Source of the DNA: Tubulanus polymorphus
Taxonomy: Eukaryota; Animalia; Nemertea
Assembly: GCF_964204645.1 (NCBI RefSeq)
Contig: NC_134028.1
Coordinates: 15,135,653 to 15,199,652, forward strand
DNA length: 64,000 nt
Reading direction: 5' to 3'
A model generated the notes under the pieces. That model saw only the letters and a program-made list of their open reading frames with translations. It was not told the origin of the DNA and ran no database searches. The position numbers were made by a program, and so were the translations under genes. The first letter of the stretch is position 1; each line of letters starts with the position of its first letter. Positions 49,863 to 61,422 of this stretch are shown here, piece by piece.

Positions 49863-51258
49863 TGTAGCGAAACTAGCGGATTTCGCCGTACATTGGCGCT
49901 AAATTTAAAATCACCTCCCGGATTTCACCGCTCTGCTGCTATCTTATAATATATTATCCTGTTAATGTCTTTTAACTGTATTTATTCGGCGAGACCGTGT
50001 TGTATCATTTTATAAATGTCCGTGTTTTGTAATTGGGTCGATGTTTCCCGACCGGTTGTTCCGGGTCCGCGTTTATTCATTTTAACCCTTCTGGTTGAAT
50101 TGGATTTGTAATTATTACTTATATCTTCCGAGTGCGGGGTTCGAACCCTTTCAACTCATTGATTACTTTAAGAACATTTATCGCTCATGTATATTATAAT
50201 ATCACCTTTGTGATGATATTTTAAACTATTCTTTGTATCTCTCGTGTCCGCCGTGACCTTTTGCAGCTGGCGTGCGGTTGCCCGGCTCCGCTCTCATTGT
50301 CGCTGGAACTCAGCCAACCTCGAAGTCACGTGGCACGCGTAACCAATCACGCGTGTCCGGGCTTTTGTTCCAGCCAATGAGAGCGCGGCGGGGACAATCG
50401 CGGGCTATAAAAGGCACGCGGAGCGCGAGATTCAAGAACAAACCGTTCACTCGGACTGTCCGTGCAACTTAAAGCTTGCAAGCGCCGCAGAAAACGTTAC
50501 GTAATTCTTGTATTGACTGCACATACCAGTAATTATATATAATGTAAGAACCTGCCCGTCCGTGTCCCCGTGTCCACATGCGGGCACCCGGACCGCTCTA
50601 ATTAGTTGTAAATAGTATTTGCCGTTATTGATGTTCAGGGTCGGCGTTGTCCCCGGCGGACGCCGCGTTGTCCCCGGCGGACATGGTTGTTCCCCCTGAC
50701 GCCGTGTTTGTCCCGGACTCCGCGTTGTCCGGGCGGGAGCCCTTTTGTATATAGTAACCGTGTTCGGAATGACCGACTGTGTAATTGTAAATAGTGTTTG
50801 GAAATTAATTCGAGGCTTGCATCGGATTTCGGGCGTTTATAGCTGCAAATAAATATATATTAGTTAGTAATTCAAAATTAGCATCGGGCCGTTTCTTTGA
50901 GTTATCGTGGACTTGATCGGAGTGAGGAAGAGAGTCAGAGGCAAGTAGTCTAACTTGTAGAACACGAGGAATCCGGTCAGCTGAGGAGAGGCCGGAGTCA
51001 CGCTACCGACATTTTGTCCGGCAGAGGATTCCAGCTGAATTACTCGCCTCCAAGAGGACGAGCGGACCCGGACGTACCCACCAACGGTGAAGAGGCACGA
51101 AGAGATAGGGGGCGCCCCGAGAGGATACGGGCCGTGTGTGAGGCCTAAGTTGGGTGGAGGCGGGACAAGCACAGCTGCGCAGGAGTTGCTTGTCCCCCGC
51201 GAAATCCAAATATTACTGAGAAGCTATTTTGGTTACCGTGTCCACGGAAACCGTTACA
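49863..51258 (+). repeat. Gypsy 5' LTR (1396 bp)
   Basis: Direct repeat of 57525..58905; CCAAT and TATAAAA at ~50343..50412. Confidence 0.95.
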
Positions 51259-51261
51259 AAT

Positions 51262-51279
51262 TGGTGGCAGCGGTGGGAT
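51262..51279 (+). promoter_or_regulatory. Primer-binding site complementary to the tRNA-Leu 3' end
   Basis: TGGTGGCAGCGGTGGGAT is the reverse complement of ATCCCACCGCTGCCACCA, the metazoan tRNA-Leu(AAG/TAG) 3' end. Confidence 0.85.
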
Positions 51280-51552
51280 ATTCGTGTGAAGAACTGATGG
51301 CAAGACGATGTCTACAAGAAACCGCTGGACGCTGGGCGTCGATATATTTTCTTTTCTACTTCTATTTCTATGACTCTCGTTCTCACTCCGCGTTCCGCGA
51401 TTGACTCTCGCTATGATAGGCCGCGTTATATTTGCTGTAACTGATGCACATTGTTATGTGTAATTAATGCTATTTTCTCCCCCCCCCCCCCCTACACATA
51501 TATATTAATCATAAATTCCTCGATTACTGATTCAATAGAATAATACGACGAG

Positions 51553-52356
51553 ATGACGGACAATTCTAAAGAGATGACCGTTTCGGACGACGGAGAAGTT
51601 GAGTTTACGGTGACCAGCCTTCCTCAAGGTGGAGACGGACCCGAACACGAAGATGATTCGTCCTCGGACGACGGAGAGATGGGCACCGCGATCGAGGACA
51701 ACGACGAGGTCGACGATCATCCCGAGAGAGGAGATGGACCCCACGTGCAGTTTAGACTGCCGGCAAGCGCACCACGAGTCAGAAGACCGAAACCATACCG
51801 ACCAGCGACGATGCCAGATAGATACGACGGGAAGGCGAGCTGGACAGAATTCGAGGTCCACTTCGAGTCCGTGGCCAATCTGAACCGATGGGACGACGAT
51901 GAAAAAGCGACTTATCTTGCCGTCAGCCTCAAGGGCGAGGCTCAACAAGTTTTGCGGGAACTGACGATCGAAGAGCGGGAAGATTTTGAAAGCCTGTGTT
52001 CGGCGTTGAGGTTGAGATTTGGACCGCAAGTCCGAGAAGAACTGTATACGGCCGAACTCAGAGCCAGAACCAGAAAGCCAGGCGAAAGTCTCCCGGAGCT
52101 GGGACATGGGATCAAACGGCTGGTGGCTCTAGCGTACCCTGGTACCGACAAGAAAACCAGAGATACACTGGCAAGAGCTCACTTCATGGACGCACTGCAA
52201 GACGGCGAAATGCGAATGCGGCTCTTTCAAGCAAGCCCGAGAACTCTCTCCGACGCCATCACCGCAGCACTCGAGGTCGAAACGTTCCGTCGCATCGAGG
52301 CTCGTAGAGAGAAAACCCAACTCTCCAGCAAGAAAATAGCGGCTACTCGGGGCTGA
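51553..52356 (+). CDS. Gypsy Gag (capsid region), C-terminally truncated
   Basis: PDRYDG..W..F..HFE..A..N.W....KA..L...L.G.A retrotransposon capsid pattern; no zinc knuckle. Confidence 0.85.
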   Translation: MTDNSKEMTVSDDGEVEFTVTSLPQGGDGPEHEDDSSSDDGEMGTAIEDNDEVDDHPERGDGPHVQFRLPASAPRVRRPKPYRPATMPDRYDGKASWTEFEVHFESVANLNRWDDDEKATYLAVSLKGEAQQVLRELTIEEREDFESLCSALRLRFGPQVREELYTAELRARTRKPGESLPELGHGIKRLVALAYPGTDKKTRDTLARAHFMDALQDGEMRMRLFQASPRTLSDAITAALEVETFRRIEARREKTQLSSKKIAATRG

Positions 52357-52396
52357 CGGTGGCGATCTCTCTGTTGACGGAAGAACGACGGTTTCG

Positions 52397-55300
52397 TTGA
52401 CGTTCGGACAACGTAAGTTCCGTATGAGCGTTGTCGTCGCGGGCATCGGAGAAGACGGAATTCTCGGCATGGATTTTTTGAAGAGAACTAACTCATTCCT
52501 CGATGTCGGCAATTCACTTCTAATCTGCGAAAACGAAGAGATCGTCCTCTATCCGAAGAGATCAATCGAACCAGAAGCAGAGTTCCTCGTGAGAACACTG
52601 GACAGCGTAGAGATACCCCCACGTCACCAAGCCACAATTCCTATAACCGTTTCGGGCAGCCAGGGGATACCGATGCTAGGCGTCGTCGAGGGAACTACCA
52701 GATACGAGGGTGGTGATCTGGCAATCGCAAGAACATTAATTGACACCACAACAGGGGACACAGCGAGTTGTCTGCGCGTTATGAACTTGGGAGTCGAACC
52801 GATTGTTCTCCCTGGATCGACAGTGCTTGGCCGACTAACCGCCGTTTCTACAATCCGCGCGATGGACTCAAATGAAGAAAACACTTGTCCAGATGACGAA
52901 GACCCAAAGACAAGCGTCCCCGATCACGTACAACAGCTGTACGAAACCAGCATCGAACATTTGAACCCGACGGAGGCCACTCGGTTTGCGGAGCTTTTGA
53001 CCAAACACTCTAACGCGTTCTCCAAAACCGACGAGGATCTGGGACAAACGGACCTCGTGCAACACGAGGTGAATACAGGGGACCACGCCCCTATAAGACA
53101 ACCACCCAGGTTACCGCCGCTCAGTAAACGGAAAGAGACCGAGGACTTGGTGCACGACATGCACAGACGAGGGTTGATCGAACGATCCCGCTCCCCTTGG
53201 TCCTCTCCGATAGTCCTAGTGACAAAAAAAGACGGAAGCACGCGGTTTTGTGTGGATTATAGGCGCCTCAACGACGTGACTACGATTGAAAGCGTAGCCA
53301 TTCCCAACATCAATCGGTCGCTAGAATGCCTAGGTGGAGCCATGTGGTTCAGTACTCGCGATTTGAACTCCGGATACTGGCAGGTGGGACTGAGTGAAAC
53401 TGCCAAGGAGAAATCCGCTTTCAGCACCCAGAGTGGCCTGTGGCAGTTTACCGTTTTACCGTTTGGTATGTCCGGAGCGTTTGAACGACTTATGGAAATG
53501 GTACTTGTCGGCCTGCAGTGGGAGGTCTGTCTGATTTACTTAGACGATATACTAATATTCAGCAGTACCGTAGATGAGATGCTCGAAAGGCTGGACTTAG
53601 TCCTCACCAAACTGGAAGAAGCAGGGCTCAAATTGAAACCTCGGAAATGCTCCCTGTTTCAACAGTCTGTGGCTTTCCTCGGTCACGTAGTCAGCGCAGC
53701 CGGAATTCAGACGGACCCATCAAAAATCGAATGTATCCAGACCTGGCCAACACCCTCCAACGTTAGAGAAGTTCGAAGTTTTCTCGGTCTCGCCACCTAT
53801 TATCGACGATTCGTCCCGGGGTTTGCAAAAATAGCCAGCAGCCTTCATCATCTGACTGCTAAAGACCAGAGATTTGTTTGGACGGAGGAACACGAGTCGG
53901 CGTTTCGCAATTTGAAAGACAGGTTGACTAGTGCACCAATACTAGCTTACCCGAGCGCTACTGACCCATACGTCCTAGACTGCGACGCGAGTGCTTTTGC
54001 CATTGGCGGCGTCGTAAGCCAAGTACAGGAGGGCGAAGAAAAACCAATTGCCTACGGAAGTCGGACGCTTAATAGGGCCGAACAGAACTACTGCGTAACA
54101 CGCAGGGAGTTGCTGGCAGTAGTGTACTTCGTTAAGTACTACAAACACTTTCTGACTGGCCAGAACTTCCTGATACGGACCGACCATAGCGCCCTACGGT
54201 GGCTGATGAGCCTCAAGGAACCTGAAGGACAAATTGCTCGCTGGCTTGAGTCTTTGTCGTCATTCCATTTCCAGATCGAACACCGCAAGGGAACACATCA
54301 CGGAAACGCAGACGGACTGTCTCGCATTCCCTGTCGACAGTACGACAAAATTGGTTACCTCCACGTGGTCCAGCACGGAGGATTCGATTCGGAAGACGAC
54401 TCGACCGACACCAAACTACAGGTTGCTTGTTCACCGCAGCATCGGCATATCCGAGTGACTAACCCGACATTCGGCGAAATCCCCGAGCCTTGGGACCTGA
54501 CAGAGCTTAAGACAGCCCAATTTGAGGACGAAGATCTGATGTGGCTCATTGAACTTCAACGCGAAGGAAAATCAAGGCCCCAGTGGCAAGATGTAGCACC
54601 AAAAAGCAATCAAGCGAAACGCTATTGGTCCGAGTGGGACTTACTTCAGATCAAGGATGGTATACTTTTCCGCGAATGTAGACCTCACCGAGGCGGGTTT
54701 TCCCAACTGGTCGTTCCCCCACCACTCCGTCGGATCGTATTCGACCAACTTCATTCTGGTCGTGTCGGGGGTCACCAAGGCATCGAGAAAACACTTTCCA
54801 AGTTGCAGCGACGGTATTTTTGGCCAGAGATGCGTGACGACATCGATCTGTGGGTGAAACAATGCGAGGTGTGTCCCCGGAAGAAACCGCCGCCGAAAAG
54901 ATATCTGGCGGAGCTACAGTCATACAATGTTGGATCCCCCATGGAAAGAGTAGCGGTCGATATCATGGGCCCTCTGCAGGAAACCACGGCAGGGAACCAA
55001 TACATTATAGTCATAATGGACTACTTGACAAAATGGGTAGAATGTTACGCTGTACCGGACATCGAGGCCAAGACGGTAGCTGACAAACTTGTGACCGAAT
55101 TCTTCAGCCGTTTCGGAGTGCCGAGGGAGCTACACTCAGACCAAGGCTCAAACTTCCAGTCCCATCTCTTCCGCGAAATTTGTACCCTGCTGGGGATCCA
55201 TCAAACCAGATGCAGCCCCTACCGTCCCCAAAGCGACGGTATGGTGGAACGCTTCAATCGGAGCCTTAAAGCAATGTTGTCTCTAACAACAACTGACGAC

Positions 55301-55918
55301 CCTTTTGATTGGGACTTACAACTTCTCTACGTCTCGATGGCCTATCGTTCCGCCCGGCACGCCACTACAGAAGCGTCACCAAACTACCTGATGCTTCTGA
55401 GGGAGATCGATCTACCCCTAGATCTGATCGTCGGACTCCCTCCGAAAGATCGGTATCCTTCCGTCAGCGACTACACGGCCAGCGTACGAACCCGAATAAC
55501 AACGGCACACAGAGATGCCCGCAAGGCGCTCCTGAAGAACACATCGCGACAGAAGGCACTATACGACCAAAAACGTCACGGGAAGCCGTACAACGCCAGC
55601 GACCGGGTTTGGCTCTATCAGCCCAAATTGACCGACGGAAATCCTAATCGCAAACTCCAGTTGAACTGGACTGGGCCGTATACAGTAATGGAACGACTCT
55701 CAGATGCCCTATATGAGGTGCGGGACAAGCTGTCCAGCGCTCCTAAGATCGTTCATTTTGACCGACTTAAGCCGTATTTAGGGGTGCAATACCGATCTCT
55801 ACTGAACGTCGAGCCCGTAACAGACAAACTGACGATGACAGAAGATACAGAGAGTAGACGCAAAACCAGCGGCCGTACCTGCCCGAAACGTCAACGCCCA
55901 GAATACATCTACTTGTAG
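52397..55918 (+). CDS. Gypsy Pol (partial protease, RT, RNase H, integrase)
   Basis: ILGMDFL; SPWSSPIVLV..RFCVDYR; YLDD; DCDAS..ELLAV..TDH; HHCC, VDIMGP, HSDQG, VERFN. Confidence 0.95.
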   Translation: MTFGQRKFRMSVVVAGIGEDGILGMDFLKRTNSFLDVGNSLLICENEEIVLYPKRSIEPEAEFLVRTLDSVEIPPRHQATIPITVSGSQGIPMLGVVEGTTRYEGGDLAIARTLIDTTTGDTASCLRVMNLGVEPIVLPGSTVLGRLTAVSTIRAMDSNEENTCPDDEDPKTSVPDHVQQLYETSIEHLNPTEATRFAELLTKHSNAFSKTDEDLGQTDLVQHEVNTGDHAPIRQPPRLPPLSKRKETEDLVHDMHRRGLIERSRSPWSSPIVLVTKKDGSTRFCVDYRRLNDVTTIESVAIPNINRSLECLGGAMWFSTRDLNSGYWQVGLSETAKEKSAFSTQSGLWQFTVLPFGMSGAFERLMEMVLVGLQWEVCLIYLDDILIFSSTVDEMLERLDLVLTKLEEAGLKLKPRKCSLFQQSVAFLGHVVSAAGIQTDPSKIECIQTWPTPSNVREVRSFLGLATYYRRFVPGFAKIASSLHHLTAKDQRFVWTEEHESAFRNLKDRLTSAPILAYPSATDPYVLDCDASAFAIGGVVSQVQEGEEKPIAYGSRTLNRAEQNYCVTRRELLAVVYFVKYYKHFLTGQNFLIRTDHSALRWLMSLKEPEGQIARWLESLSSFHFQIEHRKGTHHGNADGLSRIPCRQYDKIGYLHVVQHGGFDSEDDSTDTKLQVACSPQHRHIRVTNPTFGEIPEPWDLTELKTAQFEDEDLMWLIELQREGKSRPQWQDVAPKSNQAKRYWSEWDLLQIKDGILFRECRPHRGGFSQLVVPPPLRRIVFDQLHSGRVGGHQGIEKTLSKLQRRYFWPEMRDDIDLWVKQCEVCPRKKPPPKRYLAELQSYNVGSPMERVAVDIMGPLQETTAGNQYIIVIMDYLTKWVECYAVPDIEAKTVADKLVTEFFSRFGVPRELHSDQGSNFQSHLFREICTLLGIHQTRCSPYRPQSDGMVERFNRSLKAMLSLTTTDDPFDWDLQLLYVSMAYRSARHATTEASPNYLMLLREIDLPLDLIVGLPPKDRYPSVSDYTASVRTRITTAHRDARKALLKNTSRQKALYDQKRHGKPYNASDRVWLYQPKLTDGNPNRKLQLNWTGPYTVMERLSDALYEVRDKLSSAPKIVHFDRLKPYLGVQYRSLLNVEPVTDKLTMTEDTESRRKTSGRTCPKRQRPEYIYL

Positions 55919-55978
55919 GCGTTGTCTACTGTTTAAAACAGCAAAGTAATCAATCGCTCTTTGTTCTTTTATTTTTAG

Positions 55979-57233
55979 GTCGTCAAATTTCAAATGTCGT
56001 GGTTGTCGGGACCATTTCCGTTCAGTGGAGAACCTGATGCGCCATGAAACTAAATGCGAAGCGGTGACGCACGAAGGCGTAAAATACGAATGTAAGAAGT
56101 GCGGCAGAATCAGTGACCGGGGCGACACACTACGACGCCACGCCAGACGTCACCATGGCACTTCTCAGTGCGTAATAAAGATCGCGGAGGAGGGGTGGGA
56201 CCAGCCGCCTGAGATCAGCATTGAGTGCGCAGGGGACAAGAGAAAGGTGGAGTTGACCGGTGCGGTGCGTGAAGAGAAGAGAAGGAAGAAAAAGGTAGAG
56301 AGGAAGGAAGAAGGTGTAACAGCAGAGATTAAGAAGAAAGAAGAGAGGAAGGAAGAAGGTGTAACGACCGAGATTAAGCAGAAAGAGAAGAGGAAGGGTG
56401 AAGGTGCGACGACACAGAATAAGAAGATAGAAGAGAGAGAAAAAGAAGGAGAGACTGAAAGCAAAGAGAAGGAGGAAAGCGTAGCGAACGAAGAGAGAGG
56501 AGCCGGAGATGGAACAGAATGGACCAAGAGAATAGAAGACGACTTGACAGCGGCAGACACTACAACCGTTGAAATCACCCCTGACGGCAGCTCGAACGTC
56601 GGCAAACCAGGAGATATCGCGTCTGCAAAACCCGGAAGAAGTTTGGCCGAAAGAATAAGTTATGGAAGAAGGAGAAAACTTATGATAAAAAGGAGCCTGG
56701 AACTTAGTCGGCGCGCGAGGGAAAGAGATGAGTTGGAAAAGAAGAAGAGATCGGAAGAGGCGCGCAAGGCGGCAGTAGAACAGCGGAGGAGGGTGGAAGA
56801 GGAGGCAAGGGAGAAGAGAGAGACAGAGAGAAAGAGGCTGGAAGAGAAACGGAGAGAAGAAGTACAGCGTTTGGAGAAAGGACCGAGAGAGCCGGAGAAC
56901 GTACCCGCGTATTCGCCAGAGATACTCGGCTCGAAATTTCAGGATTGGTGGGGGAACCAGACCCCAACATACGTGCCGACCACGATCGAAAAGCCGATAC
57001 CGAAGGCCGATATCCCGGCCCCTATACAGCCGGCGATACTCAGTTCGGACGAGCCGCGGCCGGTGAAAGAGAACAGATGCAACCCAGAATCGAGAAGGGT
57101 GCTCGCGCATGTACACCCGACCGTCCATGGCCGCCCGGCTACTATCCGGGAAGTTCCGGGAGTGCCCGTTCGATGCCCGTTTTGCCAAAAGATGGCCCGC
57201 GCTTCGGGGATTTCCTGGACGCCACCAGCATGA
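55979..57233 (+). CDS. Gypsy ORF3: two N-terminal zinc fingers, a K/E-rich coiled coil and a C-terminal CxxC
   Basis: In frame from the putative splice acceptor at 55978: FKCRGCRDHF....LMRHETKC and YECKKCGR.....LRRHARRHH. Confidence 0.7.
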
Positions 57234-57524
57234 AGTTCATTGCAGCCGTTTTCGGAAGTTCACGTCCATCCACTCGAGACAGGGGACATGATTATTTTCG
57301 GGTTCGACGATGCGCCGATCGACTGCATAGCGTGTGTACTGGAAGAACGATGAGCGTCAGTCATCGTCAAAACGTCGAATGATTGTCCGTCCGCGAGTAA
57401 TTCGAATGTCCGTCTATTTAGAATATTACGATGAGCGTCAGTCATCGCCGAAACGTCGAACGATTGTCCGTCCGCGAGAAATTCGATTTTTCACGCGGGG
57501 CGCGTGAAAGCTGGGAGGGGGTGA

Positions 57525-58905
57525 TGTAGCGAAACTAGCGGATTTCGCCGTACATTAGCGCTAAATTTAAAATCACCTTCTCCCGGATTTCACCGCTCTG
57601 CTCCTATCTTATAATATATTATCCTGTTAATGTCTTTTAACTGTATTTATTCGGCGAGACCGTGTTGTATCATTTTATAAATGTCCGTGTTTTGTAATTG
57701 GGTCGATGTTTCGCGACCGGTTGTTCCGGGTCCGCGTTTATTCATTTTAACCCTTCTGGTTGAATTGGATTTGTAATTATTACTTATATCTTCCGAGTGC
57801 GGGGTTCGAACCCTTTCAACTCATTGATTACTTTAAGAACATTTATCGCTCCTGTATATCATAATATTACCTTTGTGATGATATTTTAAACTATTCTTTG
57901 TATCTCTCGTGTCCGCCGTGACCTTTTGCAGCTGGCGTGCGGTTGCCCGGCTCCGCTCTCATTGTCGCTGGAACTCAGCCAACCTCGAAGTCACGTGGCA
58001 CGCGTAACCAATCACGCGTGTCCGGGCTTTTGTTCCAGCCAATGAGAGCGCGGCGGGGACAATCGCGGGCTATAAAAGGCACGCGGAGCGCGAGATTCAA
58101 GAACAAACCGTTCACTCGGACTGTCCGTGCAACTTAAAGCTTGCAAGCGCCGCAGAAAACGTTACGTAATTCTTGTATTGACTGCACATACCAGTAATTA
58201 TATATAGTGTAAGAACCTGCCCGTCCGTGTCCCCGTGTCCACATGCGGGCACCCGGACCGCTCTAATTAGTTGTAAATAGTATTTGCCGTTATTGATGTT
58301 CAGGGTCGGCGTTGTCCCCGGCGGACATGGTTGTTCCCCCTGACGCCGTGTTTGTCCCGGACTCCGCGTTGTCCGGGCGGGAGCCCTTTTGTATATAGTA
58401 ACCGTGTTCGGAATGACCGACTGTGTAATTGTAAATAGTGTTTGGAAATTAATTCGAGGCTTGCATCGGATTTCGGGCGTTTATAGCTGCAAATAAATAT
58501 ATATTCGTTAGTAATTCAAAATTAGCATCGGGCCGTTTCTTTGAGTTATCGTGGACTTGATCGGAGTGAGGAAGAGAGTCAGAGGCAAGTAGTCTAACTT
58601 GTAGAACACGAGGAATCCGGTCAGCTGAGGAGAGGCCGGAGTCACGCTACCGACATTTTGTCCGGCAGAGAATTCCAGCTGAATTACTCGCCTCCAAGAG
58701 GAGGACGAGCGGACCCGGACGTACCCACCAACGGTGAAGAGGCACGAAGAGATAGGGGGCGCCCCGAAAGGATACGGGCCGTGTGTGAGGCCTAAGTTGG
58801 GTGGAGGCGGGACAAGCACAGCTGCGCAGGAGTTGCTTGTCCCCCGCGAAATCCAAATATTACTGAGAAGCTATTTTGGTTACCGTGTCCACGGAATCCG
58901 TTACA
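57525..58905 (+). repeat. Gypsy 3' LTR (1381 bp), preceded by PPT GGGAGGGGG
   Basis: Direct repeat of the 5' LTR with a few substitutions and short indels. Confidence 0.95.
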
Positions 58906-60264
58906 ACGGTCACGGACGGTTTTTCGTCGAAACTTGCGGGCCGCGTCGCGCGGGTAGTTTGAATACGTGAATGAACGATAAAAAATGATTTTGTGTAATT
59001 TTCAGAATATTTACAAAGAATATTCACAATATATTGTCAAACAAATTTTATTTTTAGTTCGTATTCCTCCGTAGAAACCGATTGGAAGACTGGATTCGAA
59101 TCCCACAAAAAGCACAGTCCCTTAGCAACGGGTCGAATTTTTTAGAATAACAAGCGCGCCGGTTTCACAGCATCACTAAGGGTCGAGTCCCGGAGGATAA
59201 CGCGCGCGCGCGGTCCGCGTGTTACAAAATGACCGACCCGCCCCACACACAAGAACTGAATAATTAACTAAAAATTTTGCCAATCCTTGGGAGTAAAATG
59301 CCGTTCGTTTTTTAACATATCGTATCTTTTTTTTACTCCCGTTTTTCAAACGTTATTCCCCTTTTCCGTTTCGAATAAAATTCGCTATGAAAGTAATAAT
59401 CCGTATTTAAAATACCGTTGTTCCATTAATTCCGTACCCATGCAACCCGTTGATATACTTAAGAACAAATCTTTAGTGTAAAACATATGAAACTATTGAA
59501 GCCATGAGATTTAATGTAGGAATCTGACGTTTTTTTAACTACTGAAAATTTTATTCTCGTGTAATCCATAAAACAATAGTCTCTTAATATGTAATCAACA
59601 TTCCAAAACTCCCACGTTGTTTTTTGCAGAAAATGATTTTTAAAAATTTAATCACGGGTCCCTTAATTCGCCCGAAGAACTATCATAATTTGGGGTGATA
59701 ATTTTCTTTGGTCACGCCACCGGGTGCCTTCCTTCGACAAAACCTTCATATTTTACAATGTAGAACTAGTGGGAACAAATTGCTTGTGTAAAACATATAA
59801 AACTGTTAAAGCCGTTCGTAGAACATATCTGACGATACAGAAAGATTTATTGTCGTATGAAAGATAAAACAAACAAGGCTTTCAATTTGTAATCAACACT
59901 CCCAAAGCATGTTTTTTTTTTCGCAAATATTCCTTTTCTATATTTGATCACGGCGAATCTTCACTCATAGATCTTCGATCTTTTGGGTGATTTTCTTTGG
60001 CCACAGACCACGCCGAACACAGGTGCCCCCGCGAAACCTATGTTTTTTTACAATGTAGAATTCCATATGAGTTGGGAAGGGCACTCGCCTCTTTTTATTT
60101 ATTCATTAAAACTTAAGACTGGCTGTGCGCTTCATCAAGTTTCGACTTAGACATATTATTACTGTAATTAAGAATTTATTGGTTCAAGTCCAGTATAGCG
60201 TGGAATAGTTCCCCGCTCAAAGATACATTTTTAGAAAAGGAGTAATTCGGCTACGTACTTTTCA

Positions 60265-60824
60265 AGACAAACCGACAAACCGACAAACCGACGAACCGAC
60301 GAACCGACGAACCGACAAACCGACATACTCCCTCGATCCAGCCACGGGTAATCCACGGAAAAACCCTGTACCTCGATCCTAGCCACATTATATAAGGGTA
60401 ATCCACAGAACCACGCAGCCCCTCGATCGCCACATTATATAAGGGTAATCCACGCAACCACGCAGCCTCTCGATCCCAGCCACTTTATATAAGGGTAATC
60501 CACGCAACCACGCAGCCCCTCGATCCTAGCCACTTTATATGAGGGAAATCGGCGGGTAATCCACGCATATACCCAGCCCCTCGATCCTAGCCACTTTATA
60601 TGAGGGTAATCGGCGGGTAATCCACGCATATACCCAGCCCCTCGATCCCAGCCACTTTATATAAGGGTAATTCATGCACCACACAGCCCCTCGATCCCAG
60701 CCAATTTATACAAGGGTAATCCAGGTACATACCCAGCCCCTCGATCCCAGCCACTTAACATAAGGGTAATCCACGCATACACGCAGCCCCTCGATCCCAG
60801 CCACTTTATATAAGGGTAATCCAC
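60265..60824. repeat. 8-bp repeat (RAACCGAC)n followed by a ~50-bp minisatellite (CCCCTCGATCCYAGCCACTTTATATAAGGGTAATCCACGC..)
   Basis: Visible tandem units. Confidence 0.9.
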
Positions 60825-61422
60825 GAAAATGCTTACTGGAAACTTGAAACGACGGATTTTCATTGAAATGCAGTTGGCTGACATGAAAACTGATACCTAC
60901 TTCCGGGGGTCTGGAAAATTAAACGTCCTCAAAAGTGATGAAATACAAATGGATAGCTTAGGCTTAGTGCAGTGAAATCGGATAGCTGCATTAGCCAGCC
61001 CCAGCTTTTTCAGACAATGAACCCACAATGTAAGCAGCACACTGAGACGATTTGGCCCGGACCAAATTGGCACTAATGAAATTTGGCCTTCTAATTAGAG
61101 AGTGCCTTCACACATAAAGCTGGTCGGGCAAAAGTTGCTGGTGTGATAGAAGTTATATAGGCCTAAAGCATCCGCTGGTGATTTTTCTGTAACAACCCGA
61201 TCCTCAGTATCAAATTCCACAAACCACAGTACATAGGCAAAGCAGGAATTAGCCTAGGTTGCCGGTAGCGGTGCAAGAATTCTCACTTGGCAATCCTTAT
61301 TTCACAAGTCCACAGCCCCTACTCTGACTTAAATTGCTAGCATAGGTCTATTGCAATTAAACTGCTTAGGATATGCTATGTTTTATCGGAAATTTCAAAT
61401 TGGATGATGTATGATAATGTAG

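Larger units (their letters stand above)
49863..58905 (+). mobile_element. Ty3/Gypsy LTR retrotransposon with long LTRs and an extra ORF3
   Basis: TG..CA LTRs at 49863..51258 and 57525..58905; 4-bp TSD ACGG; PBS and PPT present. Confidence 0.97.
49696..60157 (+). mobile_element. Non-autonomous Helentron-type (HINE/DINE-like) element carrying the Gypsy insertion
   Basis: Sub-terminal IRs AAGCGCACAGC (49696) and GCTGTGCGCTT (60122); 3' stem-loop AAGT-TTCG-ACTT; AT-rich site with no TSD; interrupts copy B relative to copy A. Confidence 0.65.
39847..60180. mobile_element. MULE-like element copy B (inverted relative to A), expanded by three nested insertions; distal TIR missing
   Basis: TIR at 39847..~40080. 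Segments 41303..42775, 49497..49695 and 60158..60180 are the reverse complement of ~35995..37745. Confidence 0.85.

Noticed and set aside
50130-50150. tRNA-like B-box GGTTCGAACCC in the Gypsy LTRs (also GGTTCGAATCCC at ~40258)
   Set aside because: No cloverleaf or acceptor stem can be built around them, so no tRNA gene is called.
50272-51404. Short ORFs duplicated in both Gypsy LTRs
   Set aside because: The duplication is explained by LTR identity, and there are no recognisable domains.
56130-57188. 352-aa antisense ORF in the Gypsy element
   Set aside because: It is the shadow of the purine-rich ORF3 strand, low in complexity and without motifs.
60251-60884. Minus-strand ORFs with repeated DYPYIKWLGSRG
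   Set aside because: They are translations of a ~50-bp minisatellite.
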